DNA of 63,729 nt, counting the filler, from Octopus bimaculoides (taxonomy: Eukaryota), in the NCBI RefSeq assembly GCF_001194135.2. It is 6 parts of 5 records of this genome, joined end to end, with 100 filler letters (N's around TTAATTAATTAA, not from the genome) between each part and the next. Parts side by side here need not be neighbours in the genome. Positions count along the whole stretch, not along the records: positions 1 to 18,368 come from NC_068997.1; 5 more parts are not named here. One strand, 5' to 3'. The position numbers were made by a program, and so were the translations under genes. The notes under the pieces were generated by a model that ran no database searches, was not told the origin of the DNA, and saw only the letters and a program-made list of their open reading frames with translations. How positions within the stretch are numbered: position 1 is the stretch's first letter; each line of letters begins with the position of its first letter. Positions 1 to 10,860 of this stretch are shown piece after piece.

Positions 1-74
1 ATATATACACATACACACACACACACACGCGCGCATACATACATACATACACACATACATTCATACATATATAC

Positions 75-118
<44 letters not shown>

Positions 119-262
119 ATATGTTGTTTATGTTGTTTATAGTTTCAGCTTAGAGCTGCGGCCATGCTGATGCACCACCGTGGTATATATATATATATAT
201 ATATGTACATATACTCATAGACATACATTTACATAGATATGCAGGTATATATGCTAGCATAC

Positions 263-351
263 CTGTGTTTTCAAAAATGCTCATAGTTTTTTTAATGATA
301 GACAATGGTACATCAACACAATGGAAGAAACCAGTGCTAAATGCCAGCAAT
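263..351 (-). CDS. Candidate internal coding exon of an unidentified host gene
   Basis: ttatttactag acceptor, G|GTATGC donor, 89 nt with a single open frame (LLAFSTGFFHCVDVPLSIIKKTMSIFENT), non-repetitive. No family recognised. Confidence 0.35.
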
Positions 352-440
352 CTAGTAAATAAATGTATATACACAGAATTGAAATACTTGAAGAACTAGA
401 TATGGTTGTACTGTCTTCAATGAAAATATCTACATAATGT

Positions 441-480
<40 letters not shown>

Positions 481-501
481 TTATGTGTGTGTGTGTGTGT
501 A

Positions 502-534
<33 letters not shown>

Positions 535-774
535 TTGTGTGTGTGTGTGTGTTTATACTCATACATTGGCATTACATATTTATATACACCTATGGATGTG
601 CATACATATTCATATGTGCATACATATTCATATGTGCATATGCATGTGTGAATGTATGTGCCGGCGTATATTTGTTTACGTTTTTTAGATTGATGAAATC
701 AATAAAATATGTTATCCATTAGTTGGAAAGGGAAAGCATGGAAAAATGGATTAAGATGAAAGAATAAAATGAAA

Positions 775-807
<33 letters not shown>

Positions 808-1251
808 TGTGCATATATTCTCATTCATGTAACATCTACATATATACTAAGTGAATGATAATATTTTGAAAACAAGTATTTAATATTTAATTTCATATAG
901 ATATTTACTTGTGTGTCAGCTTGTGTGTGTGTGTGTGTGTGTGTGTGCATGAGAGTATTAAAGTAAATACAATTTACAATAAAAATTTGCAGTTTTATTT
1001 TGAGTAAAACATCAGCATTATTCAGAGCAAAATCGCTGAAGGCTGTTTGCATGCTTTACTGGCTCTGACTTTCACTCACTCCCACTCTGTTTGTTGTTTT
1101 ACACTTCTTTCCCCCACAAGCATGACTGACAGGTCACACATACTGCATTTTATTATATGCAAGATATATACATATATATATATATATCATCATCATCATC
1201 CTCATAGTCATTTAACATCTGTTGTCCATGCTGGCATACATACATATATAA

Positions 1252-1304
<53 letters not shown>

Positions 1305-1344
1305 TAGTAAATGGAGTAAAACGCATATGTTAAATGAATTCTTT

Positions 1345-1436
1345 TATTTCCAACATATGTTTCGAAGATTACAAATTGTACCTTCCAAAGGAATAGGTGA
1401 TGTTGATAAGGATGTAATCTTCTCTTCAGGGAAATA
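1345..1436 (-). ncRNA. Type I hammerhead ribozyme (Penelope/retrozyme-type, palindromic stem III)
   Basis: Minus strand reads UAUUUCC-CUGAAGA-GAAGAUUACA-(39 nt loop)-UGUAAUCUUC-GAAA-CAUAUG-UU-GGAAAUA. The core is intact, with a perfect 7-bp stem I, a perfect 10-bp stem II, palindromic stem III and a GUU cleavage triplet. Confidence 0.85.
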
Positions 1437-1793
1437 CATAGGAACTAGCTTAACCGTAAGACATTTTAACCGAATGTGATAACTCTAGGTAGAGAAGATT
1501 GCTACGTAACTTATTTGAAAAAACCTTTGGAGGTTGGAACGCTAAGAGACAGTACATTGGGCAAGAAAGGAAGAAAAGAAGGAAAAAAGGAAATTTAGAG
1601 TTTAGAATTGAGAGATAATAAGATGATTTAAATCCGATAAAGATGGGAGAAGAATGTTTTATGTATAATGGGACTGCAAAGGGGAGTTAATCTTGTATTT
1701 ATACAAGCAGTGTTGACATAAATGCATATAATCATATATATATACACCCACACATACATACATACATATATATATATGTGCATACATACATAT

Positions 1794-2100
1794 GTGCGGG
1801 TGGCACATGAGATACACCATTTTGAGCGTGGCCGTTGCCAGTACCGCCTGACTGGCTCCCGTAGGATTTTCGAGCGAGATCGTTGCCAGTGCCCCTGGAC
1901 TGGCTTGTGCGGGTGGCACATAAAAGACACCATTTTGAGCATGGCCGTTTTCGTGCGGGTGACACGTAAAAGCACCCACTACACTCTCTGAGTGGTTGGC
2001 GTTAGGAAGGGCATCCAGCTGTAGAAACTCTGCCAAATTAGACTGGAGCCTGGTGTTGCAATCCGGTTTCACCAGTCCTCAGTCAAATTGTCCAGCCCAT
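1794..2100 (+). mobile_element. RTE LINE 3' UTR copy
   Basis: gtgcgggtggcacat...gagtggttggcgttaggaagggcatccagctgtagaaactctgcc motif set. Confidence 0.85.
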
Positions 2101-2319
2101 GTACATATATGCATATATACACAAACATGCACACACATATACACGCACACACACACACATATGTATACACATGGACACATACACGCATATATATACACAT
2201 TTGTACGTATATACACACGGTAGTCGTGTGGTGATTAATATTAAAGTAGTGCTATATGTTTAGGAAAATGATGCTTATATTAATTAGTGAGATATTAAAT
2301 GATTTACCTATATATAGAC

Positions 2320-2480
2320 GTAGGAGTGGCTGTGTGGTAAGTAACTCGCTTACCAACCACATGGTTCCGGGTTCAGTCCCACTGCATGGCACCTTGGGCA
2401 AGTGTCTTCTACTATAGCCTCGGGCTGACCAAAGCCTTGTGAGTGGATTTGGTAGACTGAAAGAAGCCCGTCGTATATAT
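2320..2480 (+). mobile_element. tRNA-derived SINE family B, 5' part
   Basis: gtaggagtggctgtgtggtaag head, ggttcagtccc B box, CORE-like ccttgggcaagtg, then (TA)n and a gap. Confidence 0.85.
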
Positions 2481-2481
2481 G

Positions 2482-2519
<38 letters not shown>

Positions 2520-3216
2520 NNNNNNNNNNNNNNNNNNNNNNNNNNNNNNNNNNNNNNNNNNNNNNNNNNNNNNNNNNNNNNNNNNNNNNNNNNNNNNNNN
2601 NNNNNNNNNNNNNNNNNNNNNNNNNNNNNNNNNNNNNNNNNNNNNNNNNNNNNNNNNNNNNNNNNNNNNNNNNNNNNNNNNNNNNNNNNNNNNNNNNNNN
2701 NNNNNNNNNNNNNNNNNNNNNNNNNNNNNNNNNNNNNNNNNNNNNNNNNNNNNNNNNNNNNNNNNNNNNNNNNNNNNNNNNNNNNNNNNNNNNNNNNNNN
2801 NNNNNNNNNNNNNNNNNNNNNNNNNNNNNNNNNNNNNNNNNNNNNNNNNNNNNNNNNNNNNNNNNNNNNNNNNNNNNNNNNNNNNNNNNNNNNNNNNNNN
2901 NNNNNNNNNNNNNNNNNNNNNNNNNNNNNNNNNNNNNNNNNNNNNNNNNNNNNNNNNNNNNNNNNNNNNNNNNNNNNNNNNNNNNNNNNNNNNNNNNNNN
3001 NNNNNNNNNNNNNNNNNNNNNNNNNNNNNNNNNNNNNNNNNNNNNNNNNNNNNNNNNNNNNNNNNNNNNNNNNNNNNNNNNNNNNNNNNNNNNNNNNNNN
3101 NNNNNNNNNNNNNNNNNNNNNNNNNNNNNNNNNNNNNNNNNNNNNNNNNNNNNNNNNNNNNNNNNNNNNNNNNNNNNNNNNNNNNNNNNNNNNNNNNNNN
3201 NNNNNNNNNNNNNNNN

Positions 3217-3248
<32 letters not shown>

Positions 3249-3305
3249 ATGTGTTTGCATATGTGTGTGTGTGCATATGTGTGTGTGTGTGTGTGTATAC
3301 ACATA

Positions 3306-3336
<31 letters not shown>

Positions 3337-3371
3337 CACATACACACACACATGCACACACACACACACAT

Positions 3372-3408
<37 letters not shown>

Positions 3409-3922
3409 CACATGCATAAACATGTACCCACATAAAGCAAAAGAACGTATATGCACATGCACACACACATGTATATAGGTCTTAAAAAGATAATCAATAT
3501 GCATTTAGGATACAATTAAGGTAATAAATATTTAATGTTTTATTTTTCCAGTCTGTTATATCGTTCAATGAATGATTGTTAATGGACTTTATGATGTGGA
3601 TAATATTGTTATTTTACAACAGGGAAGCTGTGATGTTCATGGCGTTTTTATGTGTGAGAAATGAAAATACTGCAACTAACAGTTGAAGTCTTTCCAACTA
3701 AGAGTGCCCAAATCACAATGGTTTTTGCATAATTTAGTCCTTGGCACAAGTTGGTCTCTCAAGTACTGACGAAAATGAGGAGGAGCTGCGAGTGTTTATG
3801 TGTATTATTTTTCAGTCATGATGCAAACAGGAAATTGATGGGTGTTCTGTGATGAACACAGATGATTTTGTATTCTATGGAAATGAAAGATTTGAGAAGG
3901 ATACAATTAAAGAAGAATTTAA

Positions 3923-4125
3923 CCCTGTAACATTCAAATTTCTTGTCAAATGCATTGTTTATTTATTCACATTGTTGATGGGATTAATCACAGTTTATCT
4001 TGTAGTTTCAAAATTTCAATGTCGCGTTTGTATATTTTTAGAATGACATTTATAGGATCTGGCCAGTTTAACATAAAGCAGGCAAAATATTTGGGCTGAA
4101 TATGACCAAATTAAATGCTAAAGGG
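3923..4125. mobile_element. piggyBac-family MITE
   Basis: TTAA on both sides (3919-3922, 4126-4129); terminal inverted repeats CCCTGTAACATT / CCCTTTAGCATT (10/12). Confidence 0.85.
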
Positions 4126-4665
4126 TTAAAGTAAGAACTCATAAAATAGAAACATTTAAATGATAAGAATTGATTGTTAATCAATCCAAGAGAGGAATTC
4201 TTTTTTCCCAATATGTCTAAGCCCAACATCTTCCTTTACCACAAGCACCCCCACTTCAAACTTTTCTTTGCCCTTCTCCTTTTTCACTCCCAACCTTAAA
4301 TTCTTTTTATTTTCCCGATCACTTTTTGTCATTCTTTTCTTTTTTTTCTGGTAAAAGACTAGCGTCTGGAACGTTACGACACTTTCATTTTTTACTGAAG
4401 TGTTAAACTGATACAAGTTGTCTCTCTCATACCGTTAAAACTTGGTCTCCTGTTTGTGCTGATTGCCTAATATGTTATCTAAATCTCTAACAGAACTAAG
4501 GAAATGAGGGCCACCGAGGAAAGACACTAAGTTATGTGAAAACAAGAGACCTGAATTAAAAAGACTTGCAGGTTGAATGATGTAGGTGTCTACTCAGATG
4601 CATCCAAATATATCTGCCGATGTCAATAGGATGAATGATAAAGGAAACCATCCCAAAGTCCTTAC

Positions 4666-4768
4666 TGCAATGACACAATGTTGCTTAAAGTTAATGAATC
4701 ATCATCAAAGCTTAAAACTAAGAAAGGTTCCCCTAGAAAGATCTTCAATATTTGGAAATTCATCAGAC
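4666..4768 (-). CDS. Weak candidate coding exon
   Basis: taactttcag acceptor, GTAAGG donor, 103 nt open frame (LMNFQILKIFLGEPFLVLSFDDDSLTLSNIVSL). Phase-compatible with exon 263-351. Confidence 0.2.
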
Positions 4769-4873
4769 CTGAAAGTTATCTACAATTCTTATACCATACA
4801 TGCCAGCCTTGAGGATGGATCTTCACATCTGGTATAGCCTCAGCCATGCTGGAGTATCACATGTGTGTGAGTG

Positions 4874-4940
<67 letters not shown>

Positions 4941-5775
4941 AAACTAAAGAATATATGCAACCAAATGCTTGTATTGGATTACAGATTTATGCGAGTGAGT
5001 GAGTGGGGGAAGAAGGAATAGAAAGAAAGAAAGAGTGAGGGAGCAAGAGAAGAGAGAGGGAGAGAGAAAAAAATGACAGAGTGTGCTGTGAAGTAGATCT
5101 TCATATTTTACAACTCTAATGTNNNNNNNNNNNNNNNNNNNNNNNNNNNNNNNNNNNNNNNNNNNNNNNNNNNNNNNNNNNNNNNNNNNNNNNNNNNNNN
5201 NNNNNNNNNNNNNNNNNNNNNNNNNNNNNNNNNNNNNNNNNNNNNNNNNNNNNNNNNNNNNNNNNNNNNNNNNNNNNNNNNNNNNNNNNNNNNNNNNNNN
5301 NNNNNNNNNNNNNNNNNNNNNNNNNNNNNNNNNNNNNNNNNNNNNNNNNNNNNNNNNNNNNNNNNNNNNNNNNNNNNNNNNNNNNNNNNNNNNNNNNNNN
5401 NNNNNNNNNNNNNNNNNNNNNNNNNNNNNNNNNNNNNNNNNNNNNNNNNNNNNNNNNNNNNNNNNNNNNNNNNNNNNNNNNNNNNNNNNNNNNNNNNNNN
5501 NNNNNNNNNNNNNNNNNNNNNNNNNNNNNNNNNNNNNNNNNNNNNNNNNNNNNNNNNNNNNNNNNNNNNNNNNNNNNNNNNNNNNNNNNNNNNNNNNNNN
5601 NNNNNNNNNNNNNNNNNNNNNNNNNNNNNNNNNNNNNNNNNNNNNNNNNNNNNNNNNNNNNNNNNNNNNNNNNNNNNNNNNNNNNNNNNNNNNNNNNNNN
5701 NNNNNNNNNNNNNNNNNNNNNNNNNNNNNNNNNNNNNNNNNNNNNNNNNNNNNNNNNNNNNNNNNNNNNNNNNNN

Positions 5776-5811
<36 letters not shown>

Positions 5812-6067
5812 TGCACATATATTAAAAAATGTGTACTCTTCGCTAATGCATCTTCACAATCCTCACTCCACTGTCAGTAGTTTCTTTAAAGTTTACAAAG
5901 ATGCACTCTCTTGCTAACTAACCCCATTGTGCTACCCTCATTCTCAGACTTTCTTCACACCATCCCCCACATCCATCCAGACATTCATAAGCACCCGTAC
6001 ATACTTACATGCATATATTATAATACTGACATCTCTACATTTCTCAGGGCTTAGCTTCATATTCCTC

Positions 6068-6099
<32 letters not shown>

Positions 6100-6224
6100 T
6101 GTGTGCATGTATGGATAAACCTGTGTGTACATATTCATACATATACACACATACATACATTACATACACATATATGCATATACGTATATATATATACATA
6201 TATGCATGTATACACACATACACA

Positions 6225-6372
6225 AACACACACACCACATGCACACACACCACATGCACACACACACCACATGCACACACACACCACATGCACACACACA
6301 CCACATGCACACACACCACATGCACACACACACACCACATGCACACACACACCACATGAACACACACACCAC
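6225..6372. repeat. 15-17-bp minisatellite (CACACACACCACATG)n
   Basis: Direct reading; runs into a gap. Confidence 0.85.
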
Positions 6373-7407
6373 NNNNNNNNNNNNNNNNNNNNNNNNNNNN
6401 NNNNNNNNNNNNNNNNNNNNNNNNNNNNNNNNNNNNNNNNNNNNNNNNNNNNNNNNNNNNNNNNNNNNNNNNNNNNNNNNNNNNNNNNNNNNNNNNNNNN
6501 NNNNNNNNNNNNNNNNNNNNNNNNNNNNNNNNNNNNNNNNNNNNNNNNNNNNNNNNNNNNNNNNNNNNNNNNNNNNNNNNNNNNNNNNNNNNNNNNNNNN
6601 NNNNNNNNNNNNNNNNNNNNNNNNNNNNNNNNNNNNNNNNNNNNNNNNNNNNNNNNNNNNNNNNNNNNNNNNNNNNNNNNNNNNNNNNNNNNNNNNNNNN
6701 NNNNNNNNNNNNNNNNNNNNNNNNNNNNNNNNNNNNNNNNNNNNNNNNNNNNNNNNNNNNNNNNNNNNNNNNNNNNNNNNNNNNNNNNNNNNNNNNNNNN
6801 NNNNNNNNNNNNNNNNNNNNNNNNNNNNNNNNNNNNNNNNNNNNNNNNNNNNNNNNNNNNNNNNNNNNNNNNNNNNNNNNNNNNNNNNNNNNNNNNNNNN
6901 NNNNNNNNNNNNNNNNNNNNNNNNNNNNNNNNNNNNNNNNNNNNNNNNNNNNNNNNNNNNNNNNNNNNNNNNNNNNNNNNNNNNNNNNNNNNNNNNNNNN
7001 NNNNNNNNNNNNNNNNNNNNNNNNNNNNNNNNNNNNNNNNNNNNNNNNNNNNNNNNNNNNNNNNNNNNNNNNNNNNNNNNNNNNNNNNNNNNNNNNNNNN
7101 NNNNNNNNNNNNNNNNNNNNNNNNNNNNNNNNNNNNNNNNNNNNNNNNNNNNNNNNNNNNNNNNNNNNNNNNNNNNNNNNNNNNNNNNNNNNNNNNNNNN
7201 NNNNNNNNNNNNNNNNNNNNNNNNNNNNNNNNNNNNNNNNNNNNNNNNNNNNNNNNNNNNNNNNNNNNNNNNNNNNNNNNNNNNNNNNNNNNNNNNNNNN
7301 NNNNTAAGGGTACATGGGTCTGTAAAGTGCTCAGACACTTGGATATTAATTTCATGAGCAGCCTGTTCTTGAACAGTTGTCATCATAACTGATAGAGTGC
7401 CAGTGCC

Positions 7408-7463
<56 letters not shown>

Positions 7464-8134
7464 CATATAGCAATAAGAAAATGGAGGGGAGTATGTGGTA
7501 CTCATCAACTTGCAGACATTGTATTATGTCAATTTACCTGTTTATTTTACAACTAAGAGGACAATAAAAACAAGATACAAGCACATATGACATATTGTGT
7601 CATATCAGTAATCAAAAATTAAAAAGGACATCTAGTGACCAAAGAGGGGACAATGTCTTACAGCTGTTTCAGCCTAGAGGTGACATGCTTCATTCTATCT
7701 ATATATACATATATACATCCCTATCTATACACACATCCCTATCTATACACACACACACATACACAAACACACATGTCTCTCTCAGTCCATCTCTCTCCAC
7801 ATGTATGTTGGATGTCCTTATGTATACATGTACATATTTTCACTGTTAACAAACACTTGTCTACATCTAACAACCTAATGATTTAAACCTACTATAATTT
7901 AATATGTACCAACTGAGAAGTCTTCATACCCACTTTGTTGATAATTTTTTGTAATAATCTGTTGCGAAGTGAAAGAATAAACAGCAAATCAATTTGTAAA
8001 AATATCGGCCATGTGTGAAAAACACACCTCACCAAATGTTAGCAAGTGATTATATAAATTTACCTCCCTTCGCAGAAAATAGATACCAATCTAGTAGCCT
8101 ACTACTGGAAATTCAATTCTTCTTGCTGATTCAA

Positions 8135-9105
8135 AATGTTAGGATTTCCACTATTAATATCAGAATGCTGAAAGGTAGGTCAAGAGAAATTGTAAAGATG
8201 TTAGAGAAGAGAGAGAAATAGATGCATGTTGTATACAAGAGGCAAGATAGAGGGGTACCTCAGCAAAACTACTCGCAACCAAAAGACTAAAGTACAAATT
8301 CTTTTGGGAATGTGATAGTATTGGAGTAGAGGGGTATATGTATTGTTTGCAGAGAAATGGATAAAGTAAATGAATAAGATAGTCAGAGTGTGCAATAGAA
8401 TAAAGTTTTGATTTGTCATAGACATCACTAGAGTGACATTTAACTCTGCATGTGCACCACAATCAGGACAAGAAGATGAATAGGAGGATTGCTTTTAAGC
8501 AATCAACAAAAGATAGAGAAATCTCATTACTATGATAGGCAATTGGCAGTGAGCTGACAATCATTAGCATGCTGGACAAAATGTTTAGCAGCATTTTGTC
8601 TGTCTTTGTTTTGAGTTCAAATTCCACTGGGATCAATTTTACCTTTCATCATTTTGAGGTCGATAAAATATGTACCAGCTGAGCACTGGAGTTGATGTAA
8701 TTGACTTGTCCTATACCCCGAACCTGCTGGCCTTGTGCCAAGATTTGAAAACGGTTATTATGATAGGAATTTTAATGGACATGTTTGGCAACATCATGAT
8801 GGCTTCTTCAGCATACATGGATATGATACAAAAAAATAAGGCAAAATTAGTGTCTGTGGATTCTATGATATGAGCGATCTATCTACCAGCAAAAGTAACT
8901 TTTAGGAAAATTGCCAGCCACCTGTCCATTGACCAACCTGATGAACACACAAGCCAGATATACTTCATATTCTCCAAGAAATGAGACCAACAGATGGCTG
9001 TGAATGTTAAGCCATTCCACAAATGAGTTCAGTGAGAAATTTAGAGTACATGCAGGTGCATATCAGGGCCCAACACTTAGCTCTTATCTGTGTTTATAAT
9101 AGGGA
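8135..9105 (+). mobile_element. Old RTE-type LINE fragments (APE endonuclease and RT pieces) interrupted by a SINE
   Basis: VRISTINIRMLKGRSREIVKMLE...DACCIQEAR; NFNGHVWQHHDGF (GDFNGHVG motif); EFSEKFRVHAGAYQGPTLS (GVHQGSVLS motif). Confidence 0.8.
8546..8752 (+). mobile_element. SINE family A, old CpG-decayed copy
   Basis: Aligns to family A with many CG to TG/CA changes; inserted in the LINE remnant. Confidence 0.8.
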
Positions 9106-9229
9106 AGATGACACTTCAGTTTTGCTGAGAAATATGGGTTATAAGGTATTTCATACTTCTTAACTGTGAGTAAGTATTTTTTACCATTCATTATGTAGCT
9201 AAATTTTAGATTGAATTAAATGAAATTAA

Positions 9230-10290
9230 CCCTATGACAACAGTTTTTTTTTTTTTTTTATCAAGCAACTAGGTTGCATTGACAGTAACCATCTTGGCTG
9301 AGATCAGCAATTAGCACACAACAATGGTTTGGCATATATTGACATCAATCACTTTAACCAGTTTATGGTGGTGGTTCATTTAGTTACGCTGCACACAGCA
9401 GCAATAATCATGCTGATTGAGGTCAGCACTCTGTGCAAGGTAATGCTTGGTGTATATTTACGTCAACCGCTTTAGTGCAAGTGCTGTTTATTTACCTAAA
9501 CTAGACCCTTGTGCAGGACGCTCAAGCAATATTATTCATGAATAAGATCACTCGACAGCACAGGTCAGATCAACTTCATGTGTTTACAATCATGTGAATT
9601 CAAAAATTGACTTTAGTGTGTTAGAGTTCAAAACAGGGTACCACACCCAGTGGCATATCACATTGTGAACAATGGTGTTTAGTTTCCTTATGATTCCCTT
9701 TTGCTTTACATACTGTGCATCTCTTTGAAGCATTTGTCTTTGGTGGTGGGGGAAAACAGTCATGGGAAATGTCCATGTTCCTTCACCATGCAGTGAGGAG
9801 AGAGTCCAGCATGGGGACCTTCACGTGCTCTGGACTTTGGCAGGTCTGATGCTTCTATCATTTCACGGAACAATAGATTCCTGAATATCAATCCATCCCC
9901 CACACTGCCAAGCATCTGCCAAATCAAATGTGAGTTCACGACACACATGTCAACTATATACAAGAAACTTTTTTTGTACTGTTTCACAAATTTTCTCTCT
10001 GATTTGTGTGTCATCGCCAGCAGATCTGAGCAATTGACCCTACCCATCCCTTTATTGTATGAAACAGCTATACTCGGTTTCATTATGGCCTTACCATCCG
10101 CATCTTGTTTCCTAGTGTCCTTCATGCTTGAAAATGCATTGTGGATAACATGCAGACGTTTTTCTTGTCACGCCACACTAGAGTGAGAATTCCACAATTG
10201 GTGCATCAGTATGTTGTTACTCCCTTCTGAATTTTTATCTAGGAAATCAGTCAGGTTGTTGGGGGAGAATAGGAAGGGGTGGCATAAACG
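9230..10290 (-). mobile_element. piggyBac (PGBD4-like) transposon remnant: transposase C-terminus, Cys-rich domain and terminus
   Basis: LVWRDKKNVCMLSTMH, KPSIAVSYNKGMGRVNCSD...KQYKKSFLYIVDMCVVNSH, then KRCTVCKAKG...HCSQCDMPLGVVPCFEL. TTAA-CCCT terminus at 9226-9233. Confidence 0.85.
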
Positions 10291-10295
10291 ATTAG

Positions 10296-10478
10296 CTTAT
10301 GAATATCTCTCTTATTACCAATCTATACTTACATTATTTACATTATTTACATTTGACAGATATTTGTCCTCATCTTGTTTGTTGTTAACACAATGCTTCA
10401 GCTGATATACTCTCCAGCCTTTATCAGGTCTCTAGGGAAAATTTGAACCTGGGTTCTCACTCCTAAGGTAATTTTCGA

Positions 10479-10539
<61 letters not shown>

Positions 10540-10601
10540 GTTCAGGTCACTCGGAATCTTGGGGCTAGTAGCACTTGCTCTTAACCACTATGCCACATGC
10601 C
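10296..10601 (-). mobile_element. SINE-like element with tRNA-like head and degenerate hammerhead (minus copy)
   Basis: A-box TGGCATAGTGG (10595-10585), then (AAT)n, body, hammerhead-like CUGAUAA-A-GGCUG-N10-CAGCU-GAAG-CA-UU-GUGUU (10427-10387) and a TGTAAATAA-type tail. It is an inverted homolog of 10606-10860. Confidence 0.7.
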
Positions 10602-10605
10602 TGTG

Positions 10606-10619
10606 GCAGTGACCTGAAC

Positions 10620-10669
<50 letters not shown>

Positions 10670-10860
10670 TAGTAATAACATCGAAAAATGCCTTAGGAAT
10701 GAGAACCCAGGTTCGAAATTTGCTCAAGACACCTGATGAAGGCTGGAGAGTATATCAGCCAAAACGTTGTGTTAACAACAAACAAGATGAGGACAAGTAT
10801 CCGTCAAATGTAAATAATGTAAATAAAGTACATAATTCCTCATCTCTTAAATATAGAACT
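10606..10860 (+). mobile_element. 5'-truncated copy of the same SINE-like element with a near-intact minimal hammerhead
   Basis: GACAC-CUGAUGA-A-GGCUG-GAGAGUAUAU-CAGCC-AAAA-CG-UU-GUGUU at 10728-10773 (G12 replaced by A). The body aligns in inverted orientation to 10296-10550. Confidence 0.75.

Noticed and set aside
281-722. ORFs such as MCVCVCV / THTHTH / YIYIY and all long X-containing ORFs throughout
   Set aside because: They are translations of microsatellites or N runs, not genes.
1028-1132. Plus-strand peptide SKIAEGCLHALLALTFTHS as an exon
   Set aside because: Poor polypyrimidine tract and donor, and no homology recognised.
3553-3920. Protein-like fragments (MIVNGLYDVDNIVILQQG; QEIDGCSVMNTDDF)
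   Set aside because: Interrupted by stops in every frame from the available acceptors; at most a decayed unknown element.
8775-8814. Hammerhead-like string on minus (AUG-CUGAAGA-A-GC...GC-CAAA-CAUG-UC-CAU)
   Set aside because: It is the antisense of LINE endonuclease coding sequence (NFNGHVWQHHDGFFS, the GDFNGHVG motif). G12 is missing and stem I is only 3 bp, so it is probably coincidence.
9102-9175. Plus-strand mini-exon with GTAAGT donor
   Set aside because: All frames stop before that donor, and it sits at the end of a LINE remnant.
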